A program made the translations under genes and the position numbers. 64,000 nucleotides of DNA from Gemmatimonadota bacterium (lineage in GTDB: Bacteria; Gemmatimonadota; Gemmatimonadetes; Gemmatimonadales; GWC2-71-9), in assembly GCA_039591615.1 (NCBI GenBank), contig JBDHDH010000013.1:39-64038 (forward strand), given 5' to 3'. The first letter of the stretch is position 1. Every line of letters starts with the position of its first letter. The notes beneath the pieces are model-generated. The model had not been told where the DNA came from. It saw only the letters and a list, made by a program, of their open reading frames with translations, and did no database searches. This document shows positions 8,528 to 17,916 of this stretch, one piece after another.

Positions 8528-9550
8528 ATGAAAGCCGCTGTCTATCACGGGGCCAATCGACCCCTCGAACTCACTGAGGTACCGGACCCGATTGCCAAGC
8601 GTGACGAGGTCGTGGTCCGGGTCGCCGGGTGCGGCCTCTGTCATACCGATCTCCATTATCTCGATCACGGGGTGAAGACCTTCAAATCGCCGCCTCTGAT
8701 CTTGGGACACGAGGCGGCTGGCACGGTCGCCGCGCTGGGCGAGGGCGTAGCGGGGTGGACCGAAGGCGATCGGGTCTTGATTCCCGCGGTCTTGTCCTGC
8801 GGCCGCTGCGGCTATTGCCGGCGCGGCCGGGAGAACCTGTGTGACAACATGGTCATGCTGGGCAACAATATCGACGGCGCCTACGCCGAACTCGTCGCGG
8901 TACCGGCGTCAGAACTCATCGCCGTCCCCGACGAGCTCCCCCTCGAACGGGCGTGCGTCGTTGCGGACGCCATCTCAACGCCGTATCACGCCGTCAAACA
9001 CCGGGGACGCGTGCGGGCCGGCGACACGGTTGGCGTCGTCGGATGCGGCGGGGTGGGACTCAATGTCGTGCAATGCGCCGCCGTAGCGGGGGCGCACGTG
9101 ATCGCAGTGGACATCAACCGCGCGCGTCTCGACGTCGCCCAGCGTCTGGGAGCAGTCGAGACGGTGAATCCGCAACAGGTGGATCGTGTGGACAAGCACG
9201 TTCGCGCGCTCACCGACGGCGGCGTGGACATCGCCTTCGAGGCAATCGGCACGCCTGAAACCATTCGCATGGCGTACGGCCTACTCCGACGGGGTGGTCG
9301 ACTCTGCGTCATCGGATACTCTCACAAAGACGCGACGCTCTCTGCCGCACGACTGATGTACTACGAGCTGGAGATCGTCGGAAGTCTCGGCTGCGGCGGA
9401 GGAGAATACCCGGAAATCATCGGCCTGGTCCGAGACGGTCGTCTCAAGCTAGATCCGATCGTCAGCGGCTCCCTCCCGCTCAACGACATCAACGAGGGAT
9501 TCGAACGCCTTCGGAAGGGAGAGGGTATCAGATGGGTCGTCACACCGTAG
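8528..9550 (+). CDS. zinc-dependent alcohol dehydrogenase (MDR) family; candidate 6-hydroxycyclohex-1-ene-1-carbonyl-CoA dehydrogenase (Had-like)
   Basis: GLCHTDLH and GHEAAGTV are catalytic-Zn motifs. CGRCGYCRRGRENLC is the structural Zn site. VGCGGVGLNV is the Rossmann motif. The Had assignment comes from context only. Confidence 0.85.
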   Translation: MKAAVYHGANRPLELTEVPDPIAKRDEVVVRVAGCGLCHTDLHYLDHGVKTFKSPPLILGHEAAGTVAALGEGVAGWTEGDRVLIPAVLSCGRCGYCRRGRENLCDNMVMLGNNIDGAYAELVAVPASELIAVPDELPLERACVVADAISTPYHAVKHRGRVRAGDTVGVVGCGGVGLNVVQCAAVAGAHVIAVDINRARLDVAQRLGAVETVNPQQVDRVDKHVRALTDGGVDIAFEAIGTPETIRMAYGLLRRGGRLCVIGYSHKDATLSAARLMYYELEIVGSLGCGGGEYPEIIGLVRDGRLKLDPIVSGSLPLNDINEGFERLRKGEGIRWVVTP

Positions 9551-10008
9551 AACCAGACCCGTTCCGGCAGTTCGAAGCCGAGCACGATGAAGCGTTGCGC
9601 GTTTTGATCCGCCTGGAGCACGCAGCAGAGGCGCTGGAGCACGGTGAACGTCCCGAGCCGCACCTCGAGATCGTGAGAGAGGCACACACGTTCGTCACGA
9701 CCGCCGTCCGAGCCCACAACGACAATGAGGAGCGGGCCCTCTTCGAGCTCCTCAACCTGCTCGATGAGGATGCACCAGTTGCCATCTTCGAGGACGAGCA
9801 CCGTGCCCTCAGACAACTCGAGGGAAACCTCGGCGCTGCGCTCGACGGCCCCCACCCCGCAACCGAAGTCCCCAAGGCCGCTCGGACCATGATCGACCTC
9901 CTCCGGGAGCATATCGAGCGGGAAAACGAGATGCTGTTTCCCTTGGCCCGAACACTCCTCGGACCCGAAGGCGTGGCCTTGGTAGCGCGGCGACTCACCG
10001 AGCCATAG
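9532..10008 (+). CDS. hemerythrin HHE cation-binding domain protein
   Basis: Four His/Glu helices: FEAEHDEA, HNDNEERALF, FEDEHRAL, REHIERENEMLFP. It overlaps the ADH gene by 19 nt. Confidence 0.75.
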   Translation: MGRHTVEPDPFRQFEAEHDEALRVLIRLEHAAEALEHGERPEPHLEIVREAHTFVTTAVRAHNDNEERALFELLNLLDEDAPVAIFEDEHRALRQLEGNLGAALDGPHPATEVPKAARTMIDLLREHIERENEMLFPLARTLLGPEGVALVARRLTEP

Positions 10009-10160
10009 GCGGGCTCGCCTGCACCCCGAAGTACGCCGAAACCTGGAAGGGTTATTCACCTTCCCACCCGCAACCGAGTTTCGATGGTCATTGTATCGAG
10101 AAGCCTCACCGACCAATTCGTCATTAGACTTCTGCAGAACTCCAACTCCTGGATGCAACC

Positions 10161-12581
10161 ATGATCGTTCTCGGAATCGCCGCCCTCGCGCTCCTTGGGG
10201 TTGCTCTCCTCTACGTTGGCCTCCCGTTCTGGGCGTGGTTTCTCCCCGGCGCCGCGGCGTTGGCGTGGTGGGGCATGGCTACCGGCGCGGAGTCGATCGT
10301 TTTTCAAATCTCCGCAGTAGCCTTCACAGGTGCCGCACTCGTGTTGGGGATCCGTCCCGTACGGCGCGTGCTGGTGAGCGGATGGCTCATGAGAATCATG
10401 GGAGGCGTGCTCCCCCGCATGGGGGAGACCGAACGCATCGCCCTCGAGGCCGGTACCGTATGGTTTGATGGAGACCTCTTTTCGGGTCGCCCCGATTGGC
10501 GCAAGCTCCTGGCTTTTCAGGTCCGGCCCTTGTCAGACGCCGAGCGCGCGTTCCTGGATGGTCCGGCGGAAGAACTGTGTCGGATGGTCAACCAGTGGGA
10601 CGTGGTACAGCAGGGTGATCTCGACTCCGACGCCTGGGACTTCCTCAAGCGTCATGGGTTCTTCGGCATGATCATTCCGGAAGAGTACGGTGGACTCGGA
10701 TTCTCGGCGGGCGCGCATTCCGCCGTCATCACCAAGCTTGCAAGTCGGAGTGTGACCGCCGCCGTCACCGTGATGGTCCCGAACTCGCTGGGGCCGGCTG
10801 AGCTCTTGCTGCACTACGGAACAAAAGAGCAAAAAGAGCACTACCTACCGCGTCTCGCAACCGGCCAGGAGATCCCCTGCTTCGCCCTGACCGGTCCGGA
10901 AGCCGGGAGCGACGCTGCCGCTACCCAGAGCATCGGCGTCATCTGCCGCGGCACCTTCCGCGGCAAAGAGGTTCTCGGCATGCGCTTGAACTGGCGCAAG
11001 CGCTACATCACCCTGGGGCCCGTTGCCACGGTGATCGGTCTCGCCTTTCGGTTACTGGATCCGGATCACCTCTTGGGCGACAAGGACGACCTGGGCATCA
11101 CCTGCGCCCTCATCCCCGCCGACCTGCCAGGCATCGACATCGGTACACGCCACGACGCTATGGGAGTTCCTTTCCACAACGGCCCCAACTGCGGGACCGA
11201 CGTCTTCGTGCCGGTGGACTTCATCATCGGCGGACGGCAAATGGCTGGAGAGGGATGGCGCATGCTCATGGAGAGCCTCGCTGCCGGACGCTCCATTTCG
11301 CTTCCCTCACTCGCCACCTCTTCCGGCGAACTGGCAGCCCGGGTCGTCGGCGCCTATGCGACCGTACGGGAGCAGTTCGACACCCCCATCGGCCGCTTCG
11401 AGGGAATCGAGGAGCCCCTCGCCCGTATCGGTGGGCTCACCTATATAATGAATGCCGCCAGGCGGCTCACGGCCGGTGCCGTCGATGCCGGCGAGAAGCC
11501 AGCAGTGCTCTCGGCCGTCGTCAAAGCGTATCTCACCGAAGCAATGCGCGTCGTCGTGAACGACGCCATGGACATCAGGGCAGGAGCCGCGATCTGCCGA
11601 GGCCCGCGCAACATCCTCGCCCGTGCATACCAGGCGGTTCCAATTGGTATCACCGTCGAAGGCGCGAACATCCTCACCCGTTCTATGATCATCTACGGAC
11701 AGGGGGCGATCCGCTGTCACCCATACGTCCAAGAGGAGATGCGTTCCGTTGCGGTTGGTCACGCGGCGCGCTTCGACCGCGCGTTCTTCGGTCACATCGG
11801 GTTCGTGTTCAGCAACATCGCACGCGCAGTGGCGCTCGCGCTCACCGGAGCTCGCCTCGCACGCGCGCCCACCGACGGCCGGATAGGCGGTTACTTCAAG
11901 CAGCTGTCACGGATGAGCGCGGCGTTCTCCGTGCTCTCGGATACCGCCATGGCCACACTCGGCGGAAAGCTCAAGCGACGCGAGAAGATCAGTGGTCGCC
12001 TTGCCGACGCGCTGGCGTGGATGTACCTGGCTTCCGCCGCTCTCAAGCGTTTCGCAGACGATGGGAAACCGGCACGGGACCTTCCATTCGTTGAGTGGGC
12101 GTGCGGCCACGCCCTGCACCAAATCCAGACGGCCCTCGTGGGTATCCTGGACAACCTTCCAAATCGGCTGGCGGCGTCGTTGCTGCGCCCCCTCCTCTTT
12201 CCCCTCGGTGCGCGGTATCGGCCTCCGTCCGATCGCACTGGCTCCGCCGTCGCGCGCGAACTCCTCGAAGACCGGGAGGCCCGTCTGCAACTCACCGCGG
12301 ACATTTACATCCCGCCGCGCGACGAGCCGGGTCTGGGACATCTGGAAGCCGCGCTCGACGAAGCCGTGGCGGCCCTTGCGGTCGAAACCAAGATTCGCGA
12401 TGCCGTGCGGGCGGGACTCTTGGACAAGGCCCCGGGAGACGTTCTACTGGAAGCTGCCGTCGACGCGGGGATCATCACTTCGCAAGAGCGCGAACAGGTC
12501 CTCTGCGCCGACCAGGTGCGTGACGAAGTCATTCAGGTGGACGCCTTCGATCAAGAGCGATTCCTCGCGCTGCGAGGGTGA
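10161..12581 (+). CDS. fadE: long-form acyl-CoA dehydrogenase FadE
   Basis: 806 aa with N-terminal TM helices followed by ETERIALEAGTVWFDGDLFSGRPDW, which closely parallels the E. coli FadE N-terminus. An ACAD core and C-terminal extension follow. Confidence 0.85.
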   Translation: MIVLGIAALALLGVALLYVGLPFWAWFLPGAAALAWWGMATGAESIVFQISAVAFTGAALVLGIRPVRRVLVSGWLMRIMGGVLPRMGETERIALEAGTVWFDGDLFSGRPDWRKLLAFQVRPLSDAERAFLDGPAEELCRMVNQWDVVQQGDLDSDAWDFLKRHGFFGMIIPEEYGGLGFSAGAHSAVITKLASRSVTAAVTVMVPNSLGPAELLLHYGTKEQKEHYLPRLATGQEIPCFALTGPEAGSDAAATQSIGVICRGTFRGKEVLGMRLNWRKRYITLGPVATVIGLAFRLLDPDHLLGDKDDLGITCALIPADLPGIDIGTRHDAMGVPFHNGPNCGTDVFVPVDFIIGGRQMAGEGWRMLMESLAAGRSISLPSLATSSGELAARVVGAYATVREQFDTPIGRFEGIEEPLARIGGLTYIMNAARRLTAGAVDAGEKPAVLSAVVKAYLTEAMRVVVNDAMDIRAGAAICRGPRNILARAYQAVPIGITVEGANILTRSMIIYGQGAIRCHPYVQEEMRSVAVGHAARFDRAFFGHIGFVFSNIARAVALALTGARLARAPTDGRIGGYFKQLSRMSAAFSVLSDTAMATLGGKLKRREKISGRLADALAWMYLASAALKRFADDGKPARDLPFVEWACGHALHQIQTALVGILDNLPNRLAASLLRPLLFPLGARYRPPSDRTGSAVARELLEDREARLQLTADIYIPPRDEPGLGHLEAALDEAVAALAVETKIRDAVRAGLLDKAPGDVLLEAAVDAGIITSQEREQVLCADQVRDEVIQVDAFDQERFLALRG

Positions 12582-12624
12582 CCCGGCGAGGACTCTCACG
12601 CTAGTTGCCGTCTTGCGACCCCGC

Positions 12625-13749
12625 TCATGAGACCGCGGCCGCGCGAAACCGCCGCGCCGCGTACCAGAGGAGGAAGCTGCCCAGAACGAGCAACGCCACG
12701 TACTGTGGCCAGAGGGCGGACGACCCCACCCCCTTCAGGAACACGGCCCGAACGATGTCGATGTAGTGACGAACCGGGTTGATGACCGTCAGCCACCGGA
12801 AGACGGCAGGCATGCTGCTCACCGGAAACATGAAGCCGGACAGCAAGATAGTCGGCATGAACACGAGAAAGCTGGCCATAAAGGCCTCCTGCTGTGTCTT
12901 GGAGATGGTCGAGATCAGCAGACCCAGCCCGAGTCCGGAGAGAAGAAACAGGACACTAGCTGCGAAAAGCAGCAGAAGGCTCCCACGGAAAGGCACACCG
13001 AACCAAAACAGGGCGACAGTGGTGACGAGGGTGAGATCGGCCAGCCCGACGAGGGCAAATGGCAGCGTCTTGCCGGCGATGAGCTCTCCTGACGTCAAGG
13101 GACTCACCCGGAGCTGCTCCAGCGTTCCTATCTCTCGCTCGCGCACCACGGCCAGGGAGGTGAGCAGTAAGCACACCAGGAGGATGAGGACACCCACCAC
13201 CGCGGGCACATTGTAGTCACGACTCGACAGATCCGTATTGAACCAGGGCCGCTCTCTGAAATCGATGACTGTGCGAGACGGGATGGAGGCTTGACGGAAG
13301 CCATAGCTCAAGATGATGCGCTCGGCGTAGCTCCGGACTATCGAAGCCGTGTTGGAATTTGTGCCGTCGACGAGGAGTTGAACCTCTGCCCCATGTCCGC
13401 TAAGGAGATCGGCGGCGAACCCGGCTGGGATTTCCAATCCCACCGCAGCCACCCCGTGATCGAGGGCGTGGATGAGGTCCGCTGATCGCTCCGACCGGGC
13501 ACTGACCTCGAAATAGCCCGATGCCGTGAGAACCGCCACTAACTCGCGGGATATGTGTGAGTTGTCATGGTCCACGACGAAGGTAGAGGTCTTCCAGATG
13601 TCGGTCGACACCGCATACCCGAACACCACCAGCTGAATGACAGGCGCGACGAAGATCACCCGGGCCATGCGCGGGTCTCGAAAGATCTGTCGGAATTCCT
13701 TTCCCAATATTCCGAGCACTCGCTCAACTCGCTCCCCCCACACACCCAC
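12625..13749 (-). CDS. ABC-2 type transporter permease (YbhR/YbhS-like)
   Basis: The C-terminal ~372 aa of ORF 12625..14370 are a 6-TM ABC-2 permease (LGILGKEFRQIFRDPRMARVIFVAPVIQLVVFGYA...). The first ~208 aa are Arg/His-rich read-through over the upstream gene. The likely start is GTG at 13749 or 13743. Confidence 0.8.
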   Translation of the reverse strand: MGVWGERVERVLGILGKEFRQIFRDPRMARVIFVAPVIQLVVFGYAVSTDIWKTSTFVVDHDNSHISRELVAVLTASGYFEVSARSERSADLIHALDHGVAAVGLEIPAGFAADLLSGHGAEVQLLVDGTNSNTASIVRSYAERIILSYGFRQASIPSRTVIDFRERPWFNTDLSSRDYNVPAVVGVLILLVCLLLTSLAVVREREIGTLEQLRVSPLTSGELIAGKTLPFALVGLADLTLVTTVALFWFGVPFRGSLLLLFAASVLFLLSGLGLGLLISTISKTQQEAFMASFLVFMPTILLSGFMFPVSSMPAVFRWLTVINPVRHYIDIVRAVFLKGVGSSALWPQYVALLVLGSFLLWYAARRFRAAAVS

Positions 13750-14864
13750 TACTGGATCTCCTTCCTGAAGACCCGCGTGGCGGCGAACAGCCCCAACACG
13801 GCGAAGGCGATCATCAGCAACCCCTGGACCCGAAGGACCTCCACGCCCACCCCTTTGAGGAAGATGCCTCTCGTAACGACGAGGAAATATCGAGCGGGAA
13901 TGAGATACGTCACGGCCTGCAGCGGAGTCGGCATGACATCGATGGCGAACATGAACCCCGAAAGCAGGAACGCCGGGAGGAAAGTGGTGATCATCGCCAT
14001 CTGGGTCGCGAGTAGCTGCGAGCGTGCAACCGCCGAGATGAACATGCCGAGGCCCAGGGCGCCGATGAGGAACGCCAGGGAGAGCATCATGAGGAGAATC
14101 GGGCTTCCACGAAACGGTACGTCGAAGAGCACCACGCCGATCACGGTGACCGCAACCACATCGACGAGTCCGATGGCCACGTAGGGTAAGAGCTTCCCCA
14201 ACACCACTTCCCCGCGTCGCACCGGCGTCGCGGCCAATTGCTCCATCGTCCCGCGTTCCCATTCCCGAGCAATGGTGAGCGACGTGAGCATGGCGGCGAT
14301 GATCATCATGATCACGGCTACCAGCCCCGGAACAATCATGTTCTTGCTCAGGAGCTCTTCGTTGTACCACACTCGGGTCTCGGTACGAATCGGCCGTGTT
14401 ACCGGTTGGCCTTCGAAGCGGACCCGCGTGGAATACGACTGGACGATGGCCCCAGCGTAGCCCAGGGCAATGGTCGCAGTGTTGGCATCACTCCCATCCA
14501 CCAACGCTTGCAGCTGCGCGGCGCGACCGGCGTCCAGATCTGCCGCGAAGCCGATGGGAATGACGAGAGCGACACGTACCCGCCCGCGATTCAGCAGGCC
14601 ATCGATCTCGTCATATCGCTCTGCGTTCCGTCGGAGAGTGAAGTAGCCCGAAGCCCAAAAGGCTTCGAGAAGATCCCGGCTCCGCTGTGACTGGTCGCGA
14701 TCGAGAACAGCGGTGGGGATATCGTCCACGTCCCAACTGATAGCGTACCCGAACAGAATCACGAGTAAGATCGGCAGTAGGAACGCCAACATCAGGCTCC
14801 GCGTATCACGGCGGAGCTGGATGACCTCCTTCCGGGCCACGGCAAGGAGTCGGCTTCGACTCAC
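13749..14864 (-). CDS. ABC-2 type transporter permease (YbhS/YbhR-like)
   Basis: MSRSRLLAVARKEVIQLRRDTRSLMLAFLLPILLVILFGYAISWD..., a large periplasmic loop, then 5 TM helices. It is a paralog of the downstream permease. Confidence 0.85.
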   Translation of the reverse strand: MSRSRLLAVARKEVIQLRRDTRSLMLAFLLPILLVILFGYAISWDVDDIPTAVLDRDQSQRSRDLLEAFWASGYFTLRRNAERYDEIDGLLNRGRVRVALVIPIGFAADLDAGRAAQLQALVDGSDANTATIALGYAGAIVQSYSTRVRFEGQPVTRPIRTETRVWYNEELLSKNMIVPGLVAVIMMIIAAMLTSLTIAREWERGTMEQLAATPVRRGEVVLGKLLPYVAIGLVDVVAVTVIGVVLFDVPFRGSPILLMMLSLAFLIGALGLGMFISAVARSQLLATQMAMITTFLPAFLLSGFMFAIDVMPTPLQAVTYLIPARYFLVVTRGIFLKGVGVEVLRVQGLLMIAFAVLGLFAATRVFRKEIQ

Positions 14865-14967
14865 GGAAGCGCCATCACCCGCGTCGGAACCGATGAGCCA
14901 TGGACACGACCGTCACCTCCGCGTCTGCTAGTGCCATTCGGTGTTCTGCATTCCGCGCTCGTCGCCA

Positions 14968-15918
14968 CTAGTCCACTGGCGCACCACCCTCGGCCCGGAC
15001 GCGAGACACGAAGACATCTTCCAACGAGGGAGGAATCTCCCGTAGCTCGGCAACGCCAATCCCGCATTCCCTCAGACGCACGGGTATTCGATGCCGCGCG
15101 GTCGCGACGTCTTCGACTGCCACGTGCAACGCGCGGCCGAACATCGCTGCCTCGATGATCCCCGGAACACCCTGCAACGCCTCGACGGCCCGCGGGCTGT
15201 CGTCGACCAGCAGCTCGACGATGGGTTCCTGCATATCGCGCCGCAGGCGCTCCGGCGTATCCAGGGCGATCAGCCGGCCACGGTTCATGAGGGCCAGCCG
15301 ATTGCAGTACTCGGCCTCCTCCATGTAATGGGTGGTCACGAAGACGGTTGTCCCCTGGTCGGCCAGTCCGTAAATGAGGTCCCAGAAGTTCCGCCGGGAG
15401 ATGGGGTCCACGCCAGACGTGGGCTCGTCGAGGAAGAGGATCGGTGGCTCGTGGAGGACGGCGCAGCCCAAGGCCAACCGCTGTTTCCACCCCAGGGGCA
15501 GTTCGCCGGTGAGCCTGCGTCTGTGATCCCCGAGCCCCGCCATCTCCACGACCCAGTCCCGTCGTTCGCTCCGACGTTCCCGCGGAACTCCGTACAGCCG
15601 ACCGAAGAAACTGATGTTCTCGTCCACCGTGAGATCGGCATAGAGCGAGAACAACTGTGACATGTATCCGATATGGCGTTTGATGGCTGCCGGTTCCTCC
15701 ATGACATCGAAGCCGGCAACGGCGCCGCGACCGGAGGTAGGAACCAAGAGCCCCGCCAACATCTTGATCGTGGTCGTCTTTCCGGCACCGTTCGGTCCCA
15801 GAAAGCCGAAGATCTCCCCGACCCTCACCTCGAAGGACACACCGTCAACCGCGGTGAAAGCGCCGAACTGCTTGGTGAGATCCTCGGCGAACACTGCCGG
15901 GGTCGACAATCCGCTCAT
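14968..15918 (-). CDS. ABC transporter ATP-binding protein
   Basis: Walker A GPNGAGKTT, Walker B ILFLDEPTSGVD and a C-terminal ABC-2-associated domain. Confidence 0.9.
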   Translation of the reverse strand: MSGLSTPAVFAEDLTKQFGAFTAVDGVSFEVRVGEIFGFLGPNGAGKTTTIKMLAGLLVPTSGRGAVAGFDVMEEPAAIKRHIGYMSQLFSLYADLTVDENISFFGRLYGVPRERRSERRDWVVEMAGLGDHRRRLTGELPLGWKQRLALGCAVLHEPPILFLDEPTSGVDPISRRNFWDLIYGLADQGTTVFVTTHYMEEAEYCNRLALMNRGRLIALDTPERLRRDMQEPIVELLVDDSPRAVEALQGVPGIIEAAMFGRALHVAVEDVATARHRIPVRLRECGIGVAELREIPPSLEDVFVSRVRAEGGAPVD

Positions 15919-16850
15919 GCGCCCCCGGCCTGCGTGATCCGTTCGATGAAAACGTCCTCGAGCGACGGCTCGATCGTGCGCACGTTAGAGACAGTGAACC
16001 CCGCATCCCGCAGGGCCGCCGTAATCAAGGGAATCTCTACCGCGGCGGAGGCCACCCTCACGTGCAGCTGGTCACCAAAGACTGCGGCGCCACGCACGGC
16101 GGAGTGGCCAACGAGAACGTCCCGTGCGCCCCGGACTCGATCCACTGTGACCGCGAGGACCTCTCCACCAAGGGCCTGCCTCAACGCGTCCGGGGTGTCG
16201 AGAGCCAATACCCGACCTCGATGGAGCAAGGCGACGCGGTCGAAGCGCTCTGCCTCATCCATGTAGGCCGTGCTCACGACGACCGTCACCCCCTGAGCAA
16301 CCATCTCGTGGACGATGAGCCAGAGGTCCCTCCTGGAGATGGGGTCCACGCCGAAGGTCGGCTCGTCGAGGAGGAGGAGCCTCGGCTGATGGATGAGCGC
16401 GCAGGACAGGCCGAGCTTTTGTTTCATGCCGCCGGAGAGCTGGCCGGCAAGGCGATCCTGAAAAGGCCCGAGATTCGAAAACCGAAACAGTCTGTCGAGG
16501 CGTGCCGGACGCTCCGCCTTGGGGACCCGATACAGGTCGGCGTAGAACTCGAGATTCTCGAGGACCGTGAGATCGGCGTACAGTCCGAAGCGCTGGGACA
16601 TATACGCGGTCTCGTGTTTCACACCTTCCGGGTCCCGCGCCACGCTCACCCCGTTTACGAGGGCGTCGCCAGCCGTGGGCCGGAGCACACCAGCCAGCAT
16701 GCGGAGGGTAGTCGTCTTTCCCGCTCCGTCAGGACCCACGAGGCCAAACAGCTCGCCCTGTCGGACCGCGAACGTGATTCCATCCACCGCCAAAACGGCG
16801 CGGAACCGTCGCGTGAGCCCGTCGACCCGAACCACGGCCGCGTCGACCAT
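15915..16850 (-). CDS. ABC transporter ATP-binding protein
   Basis: Walker A GPDGAGKTT, signature LSGGMKQKL, Walker B LLLLDEPTFGVD. There is a 4-nt overlap with the next ATPase gene. Confidence 0.9.
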   Translation of the reverse strand: MVDAAVVRVDGLTRRFRAVLAVDGITFAVRQGELFGLVGPDGAGKTTTLRMLAGVLRPTAGDALVNGVSVARDPEGVKHETAYMSQRFGLYADLTVLENLEFYADLYRVPKAERPARLDRLFRFSNLGPFQDRLAGQLSGGMKQKLGLSCALIHQPRLLLLDEPTFGVDPISRRDLWLIVHEMVAQGVTVVVSTAYMDEAERFDRVALLHRGRVLALDTPDALRQALGGEVLAVTVDRVRGARDVLVGHSAVRGAAVFGDQLHVRVASAAVEIPLITAALRDAGFTVSNVRTIEPSLEDVFIERITQAGGA

Positions 16851-16914
16851 TAACGAAACACCGGCATCGTGAGCCAGCTGCGCTGGCGGGACGGGAACCG
16901 AACTCGTACCCCCA

Positions 16915-17916
16915 CTAGGACGACTCCAGCGCGAGCCTCACGTCCGCCGGCATTCCTGGTTTCAGATCGAATGCCGCGTCACCCGTGATCCGTACCTTCA
17001 CGGCATAGACCAGCTTCACACGCTCTTCCGTCGTCTGGACGCTCTTCGGTGTAAACTCCGCTTCCGACGCCAAGAACATGACCTCACCGGCGTACGACCT
17101 CTCTCGATACGTGTCGGTGGTGATGGTCGCCGCCGTGCCGAGCTTCACCGCGCCAATCCGATCCTCCCGCACGTAGATCCGGACCCAGCGGTCAGCCGGG
17201 TTCATGATCGTCAACACGGGAACTCCAGCCGCCACCGTCTCGCCGGGCTCGTGATGCCGCACGGTCGCGACCCCATCGACCGGAGCCACGACCGTCATGT
17301 TGGCTAGGGTCGCTTCGATCGCGCGGAGGGAGGCCCGGGCCTGCGCCAACTGCGCACGCTGTGCCTCGATCCGCTCCGGGCGCGGGCCCGCCTCCAACAG
17401 CTTGAGCTGCTCCTCCGCCTGGGCACGCTGGTGCACCGCAACCTCGCGCACGACCGCGGCCTTGTCATAGACCTCGCGACTGATGGCCCCACCCTCGTAC
17501 AGTTGTTCGGCACGCGCGAGATCGTGCTCGGCATCAGCCAACCGCTCCTGCGCGGCGTCCCGCGCCGCGCGAGCCTGTGCCACCTCTTCACGCCGAAATC
17601 CCCGCTCGAGCTCCCGAAGCAGCGCTCGGGCATGGGCGACCTGTGCCTCCGCCTGCGACCGTCGAGCGAGCACTTCTTCGCGATCGAGCCACGCCAACTC
17701 TTGGCCGGCCGTCACCGGATCGCCCTCGCGCACGCCGACGCTGTCGATGCGTCCGGGTACCTGAAACCCGAGCCGCGCCTCTGTGGCCTCCACCGTTCCG
17801 TACGCCACCAGGGCGTCGCCACGATCACCGCCCGGCACCACACTGACCACCAGGACGAGAATCAGGATGACGACGACACTCCCAATTACCACCATGCGAC
17901 GTCGCGTCGTGCTCAT
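16915..17916 (-). CDS. HlyD-family membrane fusion (periplasmic adaptor) protein, YbhG-like
   Basis: Start taken at ATG 17916 (MSTTRRRMVVIGSVVVILILV), which forms an ATGA overlap with the TolC stop. It has a long Ala/Arg/Glu coiled coil and a C-terminal beta-barrel region. Confidence 0.85.
   Translation of the reverse strand: MSTTRRRMVVIGSVVVILILVLVVSVVPGGDRGDALVAYGTVEATEARLGFQVPGRIDSVGVREGDPVTAGQELAWLDREEVLARRSQAEAQVAHARALLRELERGFRREEVAQARAARDAAQERLADAEHDLARAEQLYEGGAISREVYDKAAVVREVAVHQRAQAEEQLKLLEAGPRPERIEAQRAQLAQARASLRAIEATLANMTVVAPVDGVATVRHHEPGETVAAGVPVLTIMNPADRWVRIYVREDRIGAVKLGTAATITTDTYRERSYAGEVMFLASEAEFTPKSVQTTEERVKLVYAVKVRITGDAAFDLKPGMPADVRLALESS

Noticed and set aside
13750-14370. 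N-terminal extensions of track ORFs. Examples are the first 208 aa of 12625-14370, 20063-20419, 31261-31512, 44544-44789, 40256-40318 and 51935-52000.
   Set aside because: The extensions overlap neighbouring genes or look non-protein-like. Internal ATG/GTG starts give canonical N-termini (signal peptides, HAD motif I and similar), often with an RBS or ATGA coupling.
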